Source: an uncultured Gemmatimonadota bacterium (GTDB taxonomy: Bacteria > JAAXHH01). Taken from it: DNA of 64,000 nucleotides. The stretch spans positions 256,001 to 320,000 of the forward strand of contig OX638340.1 in NCBI GenBank assembly GCA_951812955.1, read 5' to 3'. The stretch's first letter is position 1. The number at the start of each line of letters is the position of its first letter. A model generated the notes under the pieces. The model did not search any database, was not told where the DNA came from, and worked only from the letters and a program-made list of their open reading frames with translations. A program made the translations under genes and the position numbers. Of this stretch, positions 19,668-29,070 are shown in pieces.

Positions 19668-21311
19668 TTATTTCCGGCTTTTGTATAGCCGTGAATACAT
19701 GAGGCCGCCTACGGTGCCGTCGGGGTACCTGGTATAACCCTTCAGGTTCGATTTGCGAAGCTGCATCGTGAGGGGATGGAACACGAAGGCGGCGGCGTAG
19801 TCCCCCACGAGAATCTCCTCCGCCTGCCTGTAGAGACTCGTGCGCCTTACCGGGTCCAGTTCCGCACCGGCGCTTTCCACCAGCGCATCGAATTCGGAAT
19901 CCGCCCAGTCGTGCCGCCCCGCGCCTTTCGGCTGGGAGTGCCAGGTCATGTCGAGCATGTTGCGGGGGTCCATGTAATCGGCGACGAACCGCAGAAAGCC
20001 GAAGTCCATTTCCCAGTTGTACAGTTTGCTCATGTAGGCCGTCCGGTCCAGGGTCCGGATGGAGACTTTAACCCCGAGGTGCTCCAGCAGCATGCTCTGA
20101 ATAGCGACGCCCGCCATCTGCATGGAAGGCGTCGGCGCCCGAATCCACATTTCCTGCCTGGGAAACCCTCTTCCGTTCGGATAGCCGGCCTCCCGCATCA
20201 GCGTTTTCGCCCGCTCGGGATCGAAAGCCTGGTACGGTTTCATGGCATCGCCGTTGTACTCCTTGAAGTCCGGGGGCATCATGGAATAGGCCGGTGCAGC
20301 AGCCCCTCTCAGGACCACCTGGCTGATAGCCTCCCTATTCAGCGCACGTGCAAAGGCCTCCCTTACTCGTATGTCATTGAAGGGCGGATCGGACGTGTTG
20401 AAGAACAGGTACCAGGTCGTTCTTCCGGGAGATCTGACGAGTTCCCGGCTGAGCACCGGGTGCCGTTCGATTCGATCCAGGTCGTTGATGTCTACCGTTT
20501 CCACGTCCACTTCGTTGTTTTCGTAGGCCAGGACGGTCTGCGCCGCCGCGTAGCGGAAGGGATGAATGACCTTCTCCAGCAAAGGTTTGTGGGGACCGTT
20601 GTACATGGGATCGGGCACGAAGGTCATGTGGCTGCCGGTCGCCCATTCGGCCATCCGGAAGCCGGAATTCGACACGATGTTTTCGACTTCGGTCCATCTC
20701 CGGCCATGTTTCTCGACGGCCCATCGCGGCGTGGGGTACGCCAGGCCGAAGGACACGACGTGGGGAAAATGGGGCGCGCCGCGCTCCAGAAGCACCTGCA
20801 GCGTTAGATCGTCCACGGCCCTGACGCCCAGTTGAGCCAGATCCTCGATATCTCCGAGACTGATTTCCTTCGCGTTCATGATGTCATAATAGAAGAAGGC
20901 GTAGGGATTGGCGTTGGCGGGATCGAGCATGCGTCTGAAAGCGTAGACGAAATCGTGGGCCGTAACGGGCCTGCCATCGTTCCAACGCGCGCCGGGACGC
21001 AGATGGAACGTCCATTCCCGGGCGTCGTCGGAGACGTCGTAACCGGTGGCGGCGGCCGGGATGGGCTGCCACAACTCGTCTCTGATGAGCAGGGTCTCGA
21101 AGGGCAGCAGCGTGGACTCGCCGTCGTACAGGTTGATCTGGATGTCGAGGCTGCGCGGTTCGGGACTCATCACGCGGAAAACCTGCTGGTCCGGCGGCGC
21201 CGCGTCGGCGGGCAAGGCGACACCGACCGAATTGGAGTGTTGACCATGGATAAGACAAGCCGGCGACAGAGTAGCCGCGGCCAGAAGCAAGACGGAGCGT
21301 ATCCTGAACAT
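19668..21311 (-). CDS. ABC transporter substrate-binding protein, family 5 (second full paralog)
   Basis: 547 aa with a signal peptide (MFRIRSVLLLAAATLSPACL). Shares architecture and several blocks with 1481..3250. No transporter partners adjacent. Confidence 0.85.
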   Translation of the reverse strand: MFRIRSVLLLAAATLSPACLIHGQHSNSVGVALPADAAPPDQQVFRVMSPEPRSLDIQINLYDGESTLLPFETLLIRDELWQPIPAAATGYDVSDDAREWTFHLRPGARWNDGRPVTAHDFVYAFRRMLDPANANPYAFFYYDIMNAKEISLGDIEDLAQLGVRAVDDLTLQVLLERGAPHFPHVVSFGLAYPTPRWAVEKHGRRWTEVENIVSNSGFRMAEWATGSHMTFVPDPMYNGPHKPLLEKVIHPFRYAAAQTVLAYENNEVDVETVDINDLDRIERHPVLSRELVRSPGRTTWYLFFNTSDPPFNDIRVREAFARALNREAISQVVLRGAAAPAYSMMPPDFKEYNGDAMKPYQAFDPERAKTLMREAGYPNGRGFPRQEMWIRAPTPSMQMAGVAIQSMLLEHLGVKVSIRTLDRTAYMSKLYNWEMDFGFLRFVADYMDPRNMLDMTWHSQPKGAGRHDWADSEFDALVESAGAELDPVRRTSLYRQAEEILVGDYAAAFVFHPLTMQLRKSNLKGYTRYPDGTVGGLMYSRLYKSRK

Positions 21312-21492
21312 ACTGTTTCCCGGGTTGGTTGGAACTGGACCGTTTGTACCGTTGATGCGCGGTCAATATAGACCCGCCGGCGAAGGAAGGTCAAGAGATA
21401 GTCCATCGTCTTGTATTTGCTTGACATCCTCCATCCCGGTGACTACTTGATTACACTGTTTGTCAGTCACTATCCATGCGCTGTTCCCGGTC

Positions 21493-22611
21493 ATGCCCAT
21501 AATGTCCGAAAACACCTTTACCTTCGACCGCGTCGTCCGGATCGCAATCGCCGCGGCAGTGATCTGGCTGCTGATTGCCTTTATCGCCTACGTGAGCGAC
21601 ATTCTCATCCCTTTCGCGGTCGCGCTGCTGCTCGCCTACCTGATTAACCCACTGACTTCATGGCTGCAGCGAAAGCTGCCGTTCAAACAGCGGATCGTCT
21701 CCGTACTGCTGAGCCTGACGGTTATCCTGGGCGGCGTGGTCCTTTTTCTGGCGATTCTGATCCCCATGGTCGTTTCCGAGGTCGTGCATATGCAAAATCT
21801 GCTGACCGGAGTGGTGAACACGGATCAGTGGCAGGCGGCTCTGCAGGACTACGTGCCCGAGGAAATCCGGGTCTACATCACGGATCTCGTCGCGTTTGAA
21901 GAACTCGTCCACCTGCTGAACTTCGAAAACATCAGGGTTTTCTTCCAGCAGATCCTGCCAGGCATCTGGGGTGTGTTCTCGGGTACAGTCAGCTTCGTGA
22001 TCGGGTTGGCGGTCGTGATCATCATATTGCTCTACCTGGTCTTCATTCTGCTGGATTATGATGAGATCACCGAGGGATGGAAGGAATTGATCCCCGATCG
22101 GTACAGGCAGGTGGTGCTGGACGTTGTATGCGACTTCACTACGGCCATGAGAGTGTATTTCCGTGCCCAGGCCCTCATAGCCTTTATCGTGGGACTGCTC
22201 TTCGCGCTGGGATTCTGGTTGATCGGGCTGCCGATGGGTATTCTGCTGGGCCTTTTTATCGGCCTGCTCAACATGGTGCCCTACCTGCAGGTCGTGGGGC
22301 TCATTCCGTCCGTGCTGTTTGCAGTTGTGGCGGCGTTGGGCGCGGGCGAGAGTATCTGGATCATGCTGGGTCTCGTGCTTGCCGTGTTCGCCGTCGTGCA
22401 GATAATCCAGGACGCCATACTGGTTCCCCGGATCATGGGAAAGGTGACCGGGTTCAATCCGGCCGTCATCCTGCTCTCCCTGTCCGTCTGGGGCAAGCTG
22501 CTGGGCATTCTGGGACTGCTGATCGCGCTTCCGGCGACGTTCCTGATCCATTCGTACTACAAGAGATACCTGAAAGGCGCTCTTACGGAGGAGAAGCCGG
22601 TTCAGCCTTGA
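21493..22611 (+). CDS. AI-2E family transporter (PerM/YhhT-like)
   Basis: About 370 aa, 7-8 TM. The ...LLNMVPYLQVVG... block is typical of AI-2E. The ORF opens with TTG at 21460; the first in-frame ATGs are 21493 and 21502. Confidence 0.75.
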   Translation: MPIMSENTFTFDRVVRIAIAAAVIWLLIAFIAYVSDILIPFAVALLLAYLINPLTSWLQRKLPFKQRIVSVLLSLTVILGGVVLFLAILIPMVVSEVVHMQNLLTGVVNTDQWQAALQDYVPEEIRVYITDLVAFEELVHLLNFENIRVFFQQILPGIWGVFSGTVSFVIGLAVVIIILLYLVFILLDYDEITEGWKELIPDRYRQVVLDVVCDFTTAMRVYFRAQALIAFIVGLLFALGFWLIGLPMGILLGLFIGLLNMVPYLQVVGLIPSVLFAVVAALGAGESIWIMLGLVLAVFAVVQIIQDAILVPRIMGKVTGFNPAVILLSLSVWGKLLGILGLLIALPATFLIHSYYKRYLKGALTEEKPVQP

Positions 22612-22695
22612 TTGGACCATGACGACGAAGCGCCGTAACATTCCGTTCAATAGCCGACACAACCTGGGAAGCAGACGACGAATAAGGAGCGGTAA

Positions 22696-23190
22696 ATGGA
22701 AAGAATCTCATGGGACGAGTATTTCCTTCGCATCGCATATGCCGTTTCGGCGCGTTCGAATTGCATTCGCAGGCATGTCGGCGCCGTGATCGTGAACGAC
22801 AAGATCATTACCAGCACGGGCTACAACGGTACCCCCATGGGCATACCCAACTGCTTCGACGGTGGATGTAAACGATGCAACTCGGACGGGCCGTCCGGGG
22901 CGAACCTCGACGAATGTGTCTGCATGCACGCCGAGGAAAACGCCATCCTTTTTGCCGCGCGCCACGGTTCGTCCACGAGCGGCGCAACGCTTTACGCCAC
23001 CAACAAACCCTGCCTGGGCTGTCTTAAAAAGTCCATTCAGGCGGGGATTCGCCGGGTTGTTTATGCGGAGCAGTACACCTACACGAAATCCATTGAGGAA
23101 GTGTATGACTGGCTGGTGGAAGAATCCGGTATCGAGATGGTCGAATTGAAATTGGACGCGAGTCCTGAAGCGGTCGTGAATACCGCCTGA
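22696..23190 (+). CDS. dCMP deaminase (ComEB-type cytidine/deoxycytidylate deaminase)
   Basis: CMHAEENA (H-A-E zinc motif) and PCLGCLK (PCxxC) motifs; 164 aa. AAGGAG upstream of the ATG. Confidence 0.85.
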   Translation: MERISWDEYFLRIAYAVSARSNCIRRHVGAVIVNDKIITSTGYNGTPMGIPNCFDGGCKRCNSDGPSGANLDECVCMHAEENAILFAARHGSSTSGATLYATNKPCLGCLKKSIQAGIRRVVYAEQYTYTKSIEEVYDWLVEESGIEMVELKLDASPEAVVNTA

Positions 23191-23284
23191 GGTTGGTGAG
23201 ATTCTGCTTGACGCATGAATCGGAAGCACGGAAATTACGCGGCGACTCCTCCATCGATTCTGTACCCCTGTTACGGGGGGCGTA

Positions 23285-24022
23285 TTGCATACCAGCGATC
23301 GCATAACGCAATCGGATTTCGAGTATCTCCGGCTGCAGGATACCGGGCCGGTGGGCATATCATTTTCCGATGTGTATCCCGATTACCATCCACAGGATCG
23401 CGTGGGGTTTGTTTGCCCCCGGCTGGAAGACGGTGTGCTCGGGCTGTGCGCTGCCGTCCTGGGCCTGGCGACCGGGTTCTACGATCGCCTCCGGTCGAAA
23501 GGGAACGAATTCTTCGACTATCCACTGCACCATGCCTTCATCGGAGGGAGTGAGGCGCGGGTACGCACGCGAAGCGGAGATCTGGACCTGTCCACCTGGG
23601 AGATGGGAAGCGCCTGGGGATGGCTGGACGTCTGGCCGGAGACCAACTGGCATCTCTGCCCGGCGACTCCGGAATGTATGCTCGAAGCGTTGTTTAGACA
23701 CCAGGTCAACCGGGTATGTTGGCCGGCTTCGTTCATGCCGGGTTCCGTAGAGAAACCGCTTTCGCATTACGCGTATAAGCTGTTGAGCGGCAGGCTGAAA
23801 TCAGTCTGGTATTACGACTGCGGGGACGGGAACCTGGAAGTCCGTGCATCGGGTTCCGCGGCGGACGTCATCCGGGAGAGCCTGGAACGTCTTCCCCAGG
23901 GTGCAGCGGTTAGGGACCACGCGTCGGAAATATCATTCGGTCCATGGATTGGTAACCATTTCAAAACAGTGAAACCCCAGGCATTTCTAGAAGATATGGC
24001 GGTCTGCTTCACTGATGATTGA
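23285..24022 (+). CDS. Hypothetical protein; I recognise no family
   Basis: 245-aa ORF with coding-like composition. It sits 100 bp upstream of the PhyH-HEAT gene on the same strand and may be co-transcribed. Confidence 0.4.
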   Translation: MHTSDRITQSDFEYLRLQDTGPVGISFSDVYPDYHPQDRVGFVCPRLEDGVLGLCAAVLGLATGFYDRLRSKGNEFFDYPLHHAFIGGSEARVRTRSGDLDLSTWEMGSAWGWLDVWPETNWHLCPATPECMLEALFRHQVNRVCWPASFMPGSVEKPLSHYAYKLLSGRLKSVWYYDCGDGNLEVRASGSAADVIRESLERLPQGAAVRDHASEISFGPWIGNHFKTVKPQAFLEDMAVCFTDD

Positions 24023-24122
24023 ACCAGTGGCAGGACCTGAAATCAGATTTCGAACGAACTACAGAAGGCCTGTCATGATGACCGTCAGGACCGGCCGCTG
24101 TGCAAGAAAGGAGAAGTGATTC

Positions 24123-25523
24123 ATGGTGGACAGATCCTTCCTGTTCGATGACGACGCCATGCGCGACTTTATCGTAAACGGCTACCACGTGATCAACGTG
24201 GATCAGCCGGTTGCGCTCCACGACGGGATTTACGAGAAGACGAAGGCGATCATCGACGATGACGGGAATCCGGGAAACAACCTGTTGCCGCGTGTGCCCG
24301 AGATCCAACAGGTCTACGACGATCCTGCTGTTCAAGGCGCACTGACGAGCCTGCTCGGACCGGACTACGTCATGCACGCTCACCGCCACCCGCACGTAAA
24401 CCCGCCGAACAGCCGTGGAGGCAGCTGGCACAAGGACAGTTACTGGGGTTACACCAAGGTGCGGGATCACCATCCGCGGTGGATCATGGCCATGTACTAC
24501 CCCCAGGACACCCCGGTTGAAATCGGACCGACGGGGGTAATACCCGGCAGCCACTACTTCGAGTCCCGCGAAGAGACCGTAGGAGGGAACGGGTCGGTCC
24601 CAGATGGATTCCCCGCGAGCGGCAAGGCGGGAACCATTACCATCATACACTTCGACCTCTGGCACCGGGCGTTTCCGAACGCAACGGACAAGGTCCGCTA
24701 TATGATGAAATTCCAGTTTACGAGAATGTCAGAGCCGAACCGCCCCTGCTGGAACAATCAACGAGATGAAATCGACCTGGGCGACCTGTCGGACGATCCC
24801 CGGAGCGCCATGTGGCGGAACATGTGGCACTGGCTTGCCGGAAACGGCTCGGCGGGAGCCAGGCGGGAAGGCGAGGAACACGTCGAGGCGCTTGCCCGGG
24901 ACCTGACGCATGAACTCGAACAGAAGCGTTTGCACGCGGCCTATAACCTGGCCGAGTGCGGAGAATCCGCGCTTCCGCATTTCCTCGAAGCACTGCAACA
25001 CGAAAGGGATGAAGTCCGGCGTGAAGCGTGTTATGGACTAAGCGCGCTGGGTACCGCCGCCGTAGATCCGTTGGTCTCTCTGCTCGGACACGAGAACGAA
25101 CGCGTCAGGGGATACGCGGTTTACGCCCTTGGAGACATCCGGCACCACAACCCATCGGTTACGGGGCACCTCGCGGGTCATACAGACGACCCATCGCCTT
25201 TTGTCCGGCAGAACGTGGCCGATGCACTGGGCCAGATCAGGCTGGCTGCGGATTCGTCCGTTCCCGCGCTGATCGGTATGATGAAGGACGAGGATGAGCA
25301 GGTTCGGTCCAGAACCGCCTATGCGCTGGCCCGATTCGGAGTCGAGGCTCAGACGGCCGTTCAAGACCTTGCGGATGCGTGCTACGATGAAAACCGGTAT
25401 GTACAGGGGCATGCCGCCGTTGCCCTCGAACAGATCGGCACGCCAGAAGCCCTGCGCACGCTGCTGCACTGGCTGCAGGCCTCGCGGTGGTGTCCACTGA
25501 CGACGGCGAAGAGCACGTTTTAG
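24123..25523 (+). CDS. Phytanoyl-CoA dioxygenase (PhyH)-family domain fused to C-terminal PBS-lyase-type HEAT repeats
   Basis: N-terminal half has GGSWHKDSYWG and GTITIIHFDLWH (HxD...H 2OG-oxygenase ligands). C-terminal half has four or more HEAT-like repeats (..ERVRGYAVYALGDI.., ..PFVRQNVADALGQI.., ..EQVRSRTAYALARF.., ..RYVQGHAAVALEQIG..). Confidence 0.7.
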   Translation: MVDRSFLFDDDAMRDFIVNGYHVINVDQPVALHDGIYEKTKAIIDDDGNPGNNLLPRVPEIQQVYDDPAVQGALTSLLGPDYVMHAHRHPHVNPPNSRGGSWHKDSYWGYTKVRDHHPRWIMAMYYPQDTPVEIGPTGVIPGSHYFESREETVGGNGSVPDGFPASGKAGTITIIHFDLWHRAFPNATDKVRYMMKFQFTRMSEPNRPCWNNQRDEIDLGDLSDDPRSAMWRNMWHWLAGNGSAGARREGEEHVEALARDLTHELEQKRLHAAYNLAECGESALPHFLEALQHERDEVRREACYGLSALGTAAVDPLVSLLGHENERVRGYAVYALGDIRHHNPSVTGHLAGHTDDPSPFVRQNVADALGQIRLAADSSVPALIGMMKDEDEQVRSRTAYALARFGVEAQTAVQDLADACYDENRYVQGHAAVALEQIGTPEALRTLLHWLQASRWCPLTTAKSTF

Positions 25524-25564
25524 CGGTCGGCACACCCCGATTTAATCCGTGGTCTTGCGCTGTC

Positions 25565-25597
25565 CATGCGGTCCGCCAGCCCATGCGGTCCGCCAGG
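25565..25597. repeat. Tandem direct duplication, 16-17 bp x2 (ccatgcggtccgccag), in a convergent intergenic region
   Basis: Read directly: ccatgcggtccgccag at 25565-25580, then cccatgcggtccgccag at 25581-25597. Confidence 0.9.
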
Positions 25598-25617
25598 TAC
25601 GAGTTCACTCCCGCCTG

Positions 25618-27588
25618 CTACCAGTCGTGTATCATGTGGCCCTGTCCGGGATAGAACAAGGCATCCACAAAGAACGACAGAACGATACCCAGCGTGTAAC
25701 CGAGCAGGACGCCAAGGAAGAACCGCTGACCCGTGCGGTAGGTGCTGGTCCCGACCTTCAGCAGAATGAACTTGGCGAGCCATGCGAGGAAGACGGACAG
25801 GATCGAGTCCCGGATATTGCTGGCGAAACAAATGGCGAAACCCACCGGGGCGAGGGGCCACCAGACCAGCCAGTGCCGGAGTTTCAGCAGCAACAGGAAG
25901 GTCGCCGCGCCAGCCGCCATGAACCAGGGCTCGTTCTGACCCAGGGACAGCGGGTTCTTCATCCAGGTTACGATCTCGTCGTAGTAGTTCTTGTTGAGCC
26001 CGTCGAACGCCCCGCCTCCGAAGTTATATGCTCCGATCGCATAGCCCGACTGTATCGAGTAAGCCAACGCCGTGACCATGCTGACGAGAAAGGTGGCGGC
26101 GAGTACGAGCAGCAACCCTTTCTTCCTCGGCCAGAATCCGTCCGCCAGGCGATCTGCCAGCACGACCGAACCCATACCCAGCCCGCGCCAGTTCCGCGCA
26201 TACGCGCTGGCCAGGCCCAGTGCCGTAAGACTTGGCGCCGATACGTTCCCTGAACCCAGGGACAGCACCGTGATCTGGTGCGCGTTCACGGGCAAATCGA
26301 GGAACACCACCCCTGTTTCGGCGATTACCTTTGTCGTGCCGAAGTATAGAATGAACAGAAATGCCAGGAACACCGCCATCACCGAAAACGCCAGGCCGGA
26401 CTGGTACAGCCATGCGCAGATAAATACGGATCCAAGCAGGAATCCGATCACGGCGGTCCTGTAGGACACGAGTTCCTTTGTATCGTCCAGTCCGGAGTCC
26501 CGCCCAATCGCTTTCTTGACTACGCCCGCCAGGTGCCGCCTGGCGGCCCAGAGACTGTAACCCACGTACACCAGGAATCCGCCGAAAAACTGTGCGTTGA
26601 CGCCGCCGCTGCCGCCGGGACCGCTGCTGGCCGTGTTGAGTCCTATGTAATTCAGTGCGCCGATTTCGAGCAGCCCCAGCATGAAGAAGACCCAGATGCT
26701 CAGCAGGATATCTACGTTGATAAAGTAGCCGAAGCCGAGCATGTAGGGGCTGATACGCAGGGGAATGGAGGGGAACATCGGACTCAATTGGAGCGGAGTC
26801 TCGAAGAAGGTGCCGACGGGGAGCTGCGGCACGATATGGGCGAAGGACACGATATTCCAGAGTGCGATGGCCAGCGCGAGGATGAACCCGATCTGGAACA
26901 GGCGGTCGTAGACGAGTCCTGGCCAGCGGCCGGGAGACTGGTCCCCGGCTATGAGTTCGAGGGGTACCTGGACGAGGGGAAAAGTTAGCCGCTCGTACTC
27001 CACCCACTGTTTTCTGAATATGGTAGCCACGCAGGCGCCGACGACGAATATCGCGACGAAAAAGCTCATCCACCAGGCGACGGGGATGATCCACGGGGAC
27101 CAGGGTATGGCGCCTCCCGGAGGCAGTCCTTCGTAAAACCACCCCATGGCGTTGTTCTGGTTGCTCGCCACGAGCCATTCCGGCAGAAAGGGGTGGAAGA
27201 GCTCCACCCACTGGTTTTCCGGCTGGGCGAAGTAAAAGGGCGTCGATATGATGGTCAGGAAGTACGACACGAAGGCCTTGCCGGGTATGAGGCTCGAAAT
27301 CAGCAGGATGCAGAAGATCAGCGCGAGTTCTCTGCCGGTGAATGCGGCCCGTTGGGACATACCGCGTACCAGGGGATTGTACACGAAGGTGACGAGCAGA
27401 AAGAGCGCCAGGGCGGAAATGGGCAGGTGGGCCACCGACATGCGGGACGTGTGCAGGATATAGGTCCCGTACGTCACCCAGATGTTGAGGATGATGGCCA
27501 GGACCAGTCCCGTGGCGAGTGACCTCGACGTGATCACGGAGGCTGGCGGGGATTCCCTTGTCGGTATATGCTTGGTTGTGTCAGTCAA
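25618..27588 (-). CDS. Large polytopic membrane protein of unknown function (paralog of 60969..62993)
   Basis: 656 aa, 14 or more hydrophobic helices and glycine-rich loops. Shares the ERLTFPL block (VEYERLTFPLVQVPLEL) with the second copy. Confidence 0.6.
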   Translation of the reverse strand: MTDTTKHIPTRESPPASVITSRSLATGLVLAIILNIWVTYGTYILHTSRMSVAHLPISALALFLLVTFVYNPLVRGMSQRAAFTGRELALIFCILLISSLIPGKAFVSYFLTIISTPFYFAQPENQWVELFHPFLPEWLVASNQNNAMGWFYEGLPPGGAIPWSPWIIPVAWWMSFFVAIFVVGACVATIFRKQWVEYERLTFPLVQVPLELIAGDQSPGRWPGLVYDRLFQIGFILALAIALWNIVSFAHIVPQLPVGTFFETPLQLSPMFPSIPLRISPYMLGFGYFINVDILLSIWVFFMLGLLEIGALNYIGLNTASSGPGGSGGVNAQFFGGFLVYVGYSLWAARRHLAGVVKKAIGRDSGLDDTKELVSYRTAVIGFLLGSVFICAWLYQSGLAFSVMAVFLAFLFILYFGTTKVIAETGVVFLDLPVNAHQITVLSLGSGNVSAPSLTALGLASAYARNWRGLGMGSVVLADRLADGFWPRKKGLLLVLAATFLVSMVTALAYSIQSGYAIGAYNFGGGAFDGLNKNYYDEIVTWMKNPLSLGQNEPWFMAAGAATFLLLLKLRHWLVWWPLAPVGFAICFASNIRDSILSVFLAWLAKFILLKVGTSTYRTGQRFFLGVLLGYTLGIVLSFFVDALFYPGQGHMIHDW

Positions 27589-27620
27589 TCAGGTCTCGCA
27601 TCGGTCTATGGATACCGGAT

Positions 27621-27687
27621 CAGCAGGCCGTCGCGGCGTATGTCCTTGCGTCAGCAGGCCGTCGCGGCGTATGTCCTTGCGTCAGGC
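27621..27687. repeat. Tandem direct duplication, 31 bp x2 plus partial third, between the sulfatase stop and the membrane-protein start
   Basis: cagcaggccgtcgcggcgtatgtccttgcgt at 27621-27651 and again at 27652-27682, then cagGCAG. The sulfatase stop (27682-27684) overlaps the end of copy 2. Confidence 0.9.
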
Positions 27688-29031
27688 AGACTGGCGTTCC
27701 CGCCATTCGACCTCCATGGGATCGGGGATGGCGTAGGGTTTGACGCGTTGTTCGTGCAGCCACTCCGACAGGTAGTGATCCATGCGTTGCTGGATTTCCG
27801 GCCGTTCCAGGGCCAGGTTGTACGTCTGATTCGGGTCGTTACGCATATCATACAAGGCCACTGGATCGAACCGGTAACCGAAGTCGTCGTACGTCCTGAC
27901 CATGAGATGGCCGGGTGTCCGCACCGCCCGTTGCAACGTGTACAGGCCGTGACCCCAGACCAGGAAGTCGTGCAGGTGGCAGCGTCCGGTCGCGAGTCCT
28001 TCCGCGAAAGACCGGCCGTCATAGTATTCCGGTACTTCCCCGCCAATCAGGTCGATCAGCGTGGCGCTGAAATCTACATTGTATAGCAGGTCGTCACAAG
28101 AGGATCCTGGCGGCGTAGTCCCCGGCCACTTGATGATCAGCGGGACCCGGTGTATGCATTCGTCGGCGCAGACGTGATCCCCGTAGATGCCGTGCTCTCC
28201 CATGGCCTCGCCGTGATCCGCCGAGACGATGACCGCCGTGTCGTCCAGGCTGCCCAGGGCGTCCAGCACCTGCTCCACGTGATGGTCGGCGTACCGGATC
28301 TCCGCGTCGTATCCGGTCACCAGGTGATTCAGGTCGTCCGTGTTCCGGATGGCGTCCGGCATATTCGGCGTGGGACTGGGCCGGTTCTGGGGAAAGAGGT
28401 GGGACGCGGTGAACCAACCGTCGATGTCCTGGTGGCCGCGGATCGCTTCGTTGTCCGGCCAGCTCACCGCCGGCGGATGGGCCGTCATACGTTCGAACCG
28501 GTCGCGGGGGGCTTCGTAAACCCGGTGCGGGTCCCAGTAGTTGATGTACAGGAAGTAATCGTCCCGGTCGCCGTTCGCGGCGATCCATTTCAGTACGGCT
28601 TCGTTGACCTCGTCCGCCGTCTCGTCCCCCGTCTTCAGGTTGGGCGAATGGAACTCCGACCAGCCCAGCCCGAACCAGGTCGCGCAGTGCCGGGTGGGGA
28701 AGTTGGAGAAGCAGACCGTGTCGTAGCCGTGCTGGCGCAGCCGTCTTTGCACCAACTGGTTCCGCTCGTCGGGCCCGCCGTAGCGCTGCTCCAGGATGTG
28801 AAGCCTGGAAGCGGGACCGCCGTGGGTCACCACGCCGTTGTTGATCCCGAAACGGCCGGTTATCCAGCCGTGCCGCGAAGGCATGCAGGGAGAGTCTGCG
28901 CAGTAGTACCGGTCGAACCGCATCCCCTGCGCGGCGATTTCATCGATGGCGGGCGAGGTGGGCCGGCCGTAGCCGTAGCAACCCAGGTGGTCGGGCCTCA
29001 GACTGTCGATGTCGAAATAGACGATGCGCAA
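27682..29031 (-). CDS. Sulfatase (formylglycine-dependent arylsulfatase family), no signal peptide
   Basis: N-terminal YCADSPCMPSRHGWITGR matches the C-x-P-x-R...TG sulfatase signature. The protein starts directly in the catalytic core, so it is predicted cytoplasmic. Confidence 0.85.
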   Translation of the reverse strand: MRIVYFDIDSLRPDHLGCYGYGRPTSPAIDEIAAQGMRFDRYYCADSPCMPSRHGWITGRFGINNGVVTHGGPASRLHILEQRYGGPDERNQLVQRRLRQHGYDTVCFSNFPTRHCATWFGLGWSEFHSPNLKTGDETADEVNEAVLKWIAANGDRDDYFLYINYWDPHRVYEAPRDRFERMTAHPPAVSWPDNEAIRGHQDIDGWFTASHLFPQNRPSPTPNMPDAIRNTDDLNHLVTGYDAEIRYADHHVEQVLDALGSLDDTAVIVSADHGEAMGEHGIYGDHVCADECIHRVPLIIKWPGTTPPGSSCDDLLYNVDFSATLIDLIGGEVPEYYDGRSFAEGLATGRCHLHDFLVWGHGLYTLQRAVRTPGHLMVRTYDDFGYRFDPVALYDMRNDPNQTYNLALERPEIQQRMDHYLSEWLHEQRVKPYAIPDPMEVEWRERQSA

Positions 29032-29070
29032 GGAGGATTACCGGAATCCTGTGTATATTGAGGGAGACCG

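Noticed and set aside
23255-23285. The CCCC-tgttac-GGGG hairpin after the dCMP deaminase gene as a terminator.
   Set aside because: It has a short 4-6 bp stem and no downstream U-tract, so it is not convincing as an intrinsic terminator.
24123-25523. Deoxyhypusine-hydroxylase-like di-iron site in the HEAT repeats of the PhyH fusion.
   Set aside because: The His-Glu pairs (QHERDE, GHENER) do not sit at the conserved RHEAAxALG position of DOHH repeats. They are treated as generic HEAT repeats.
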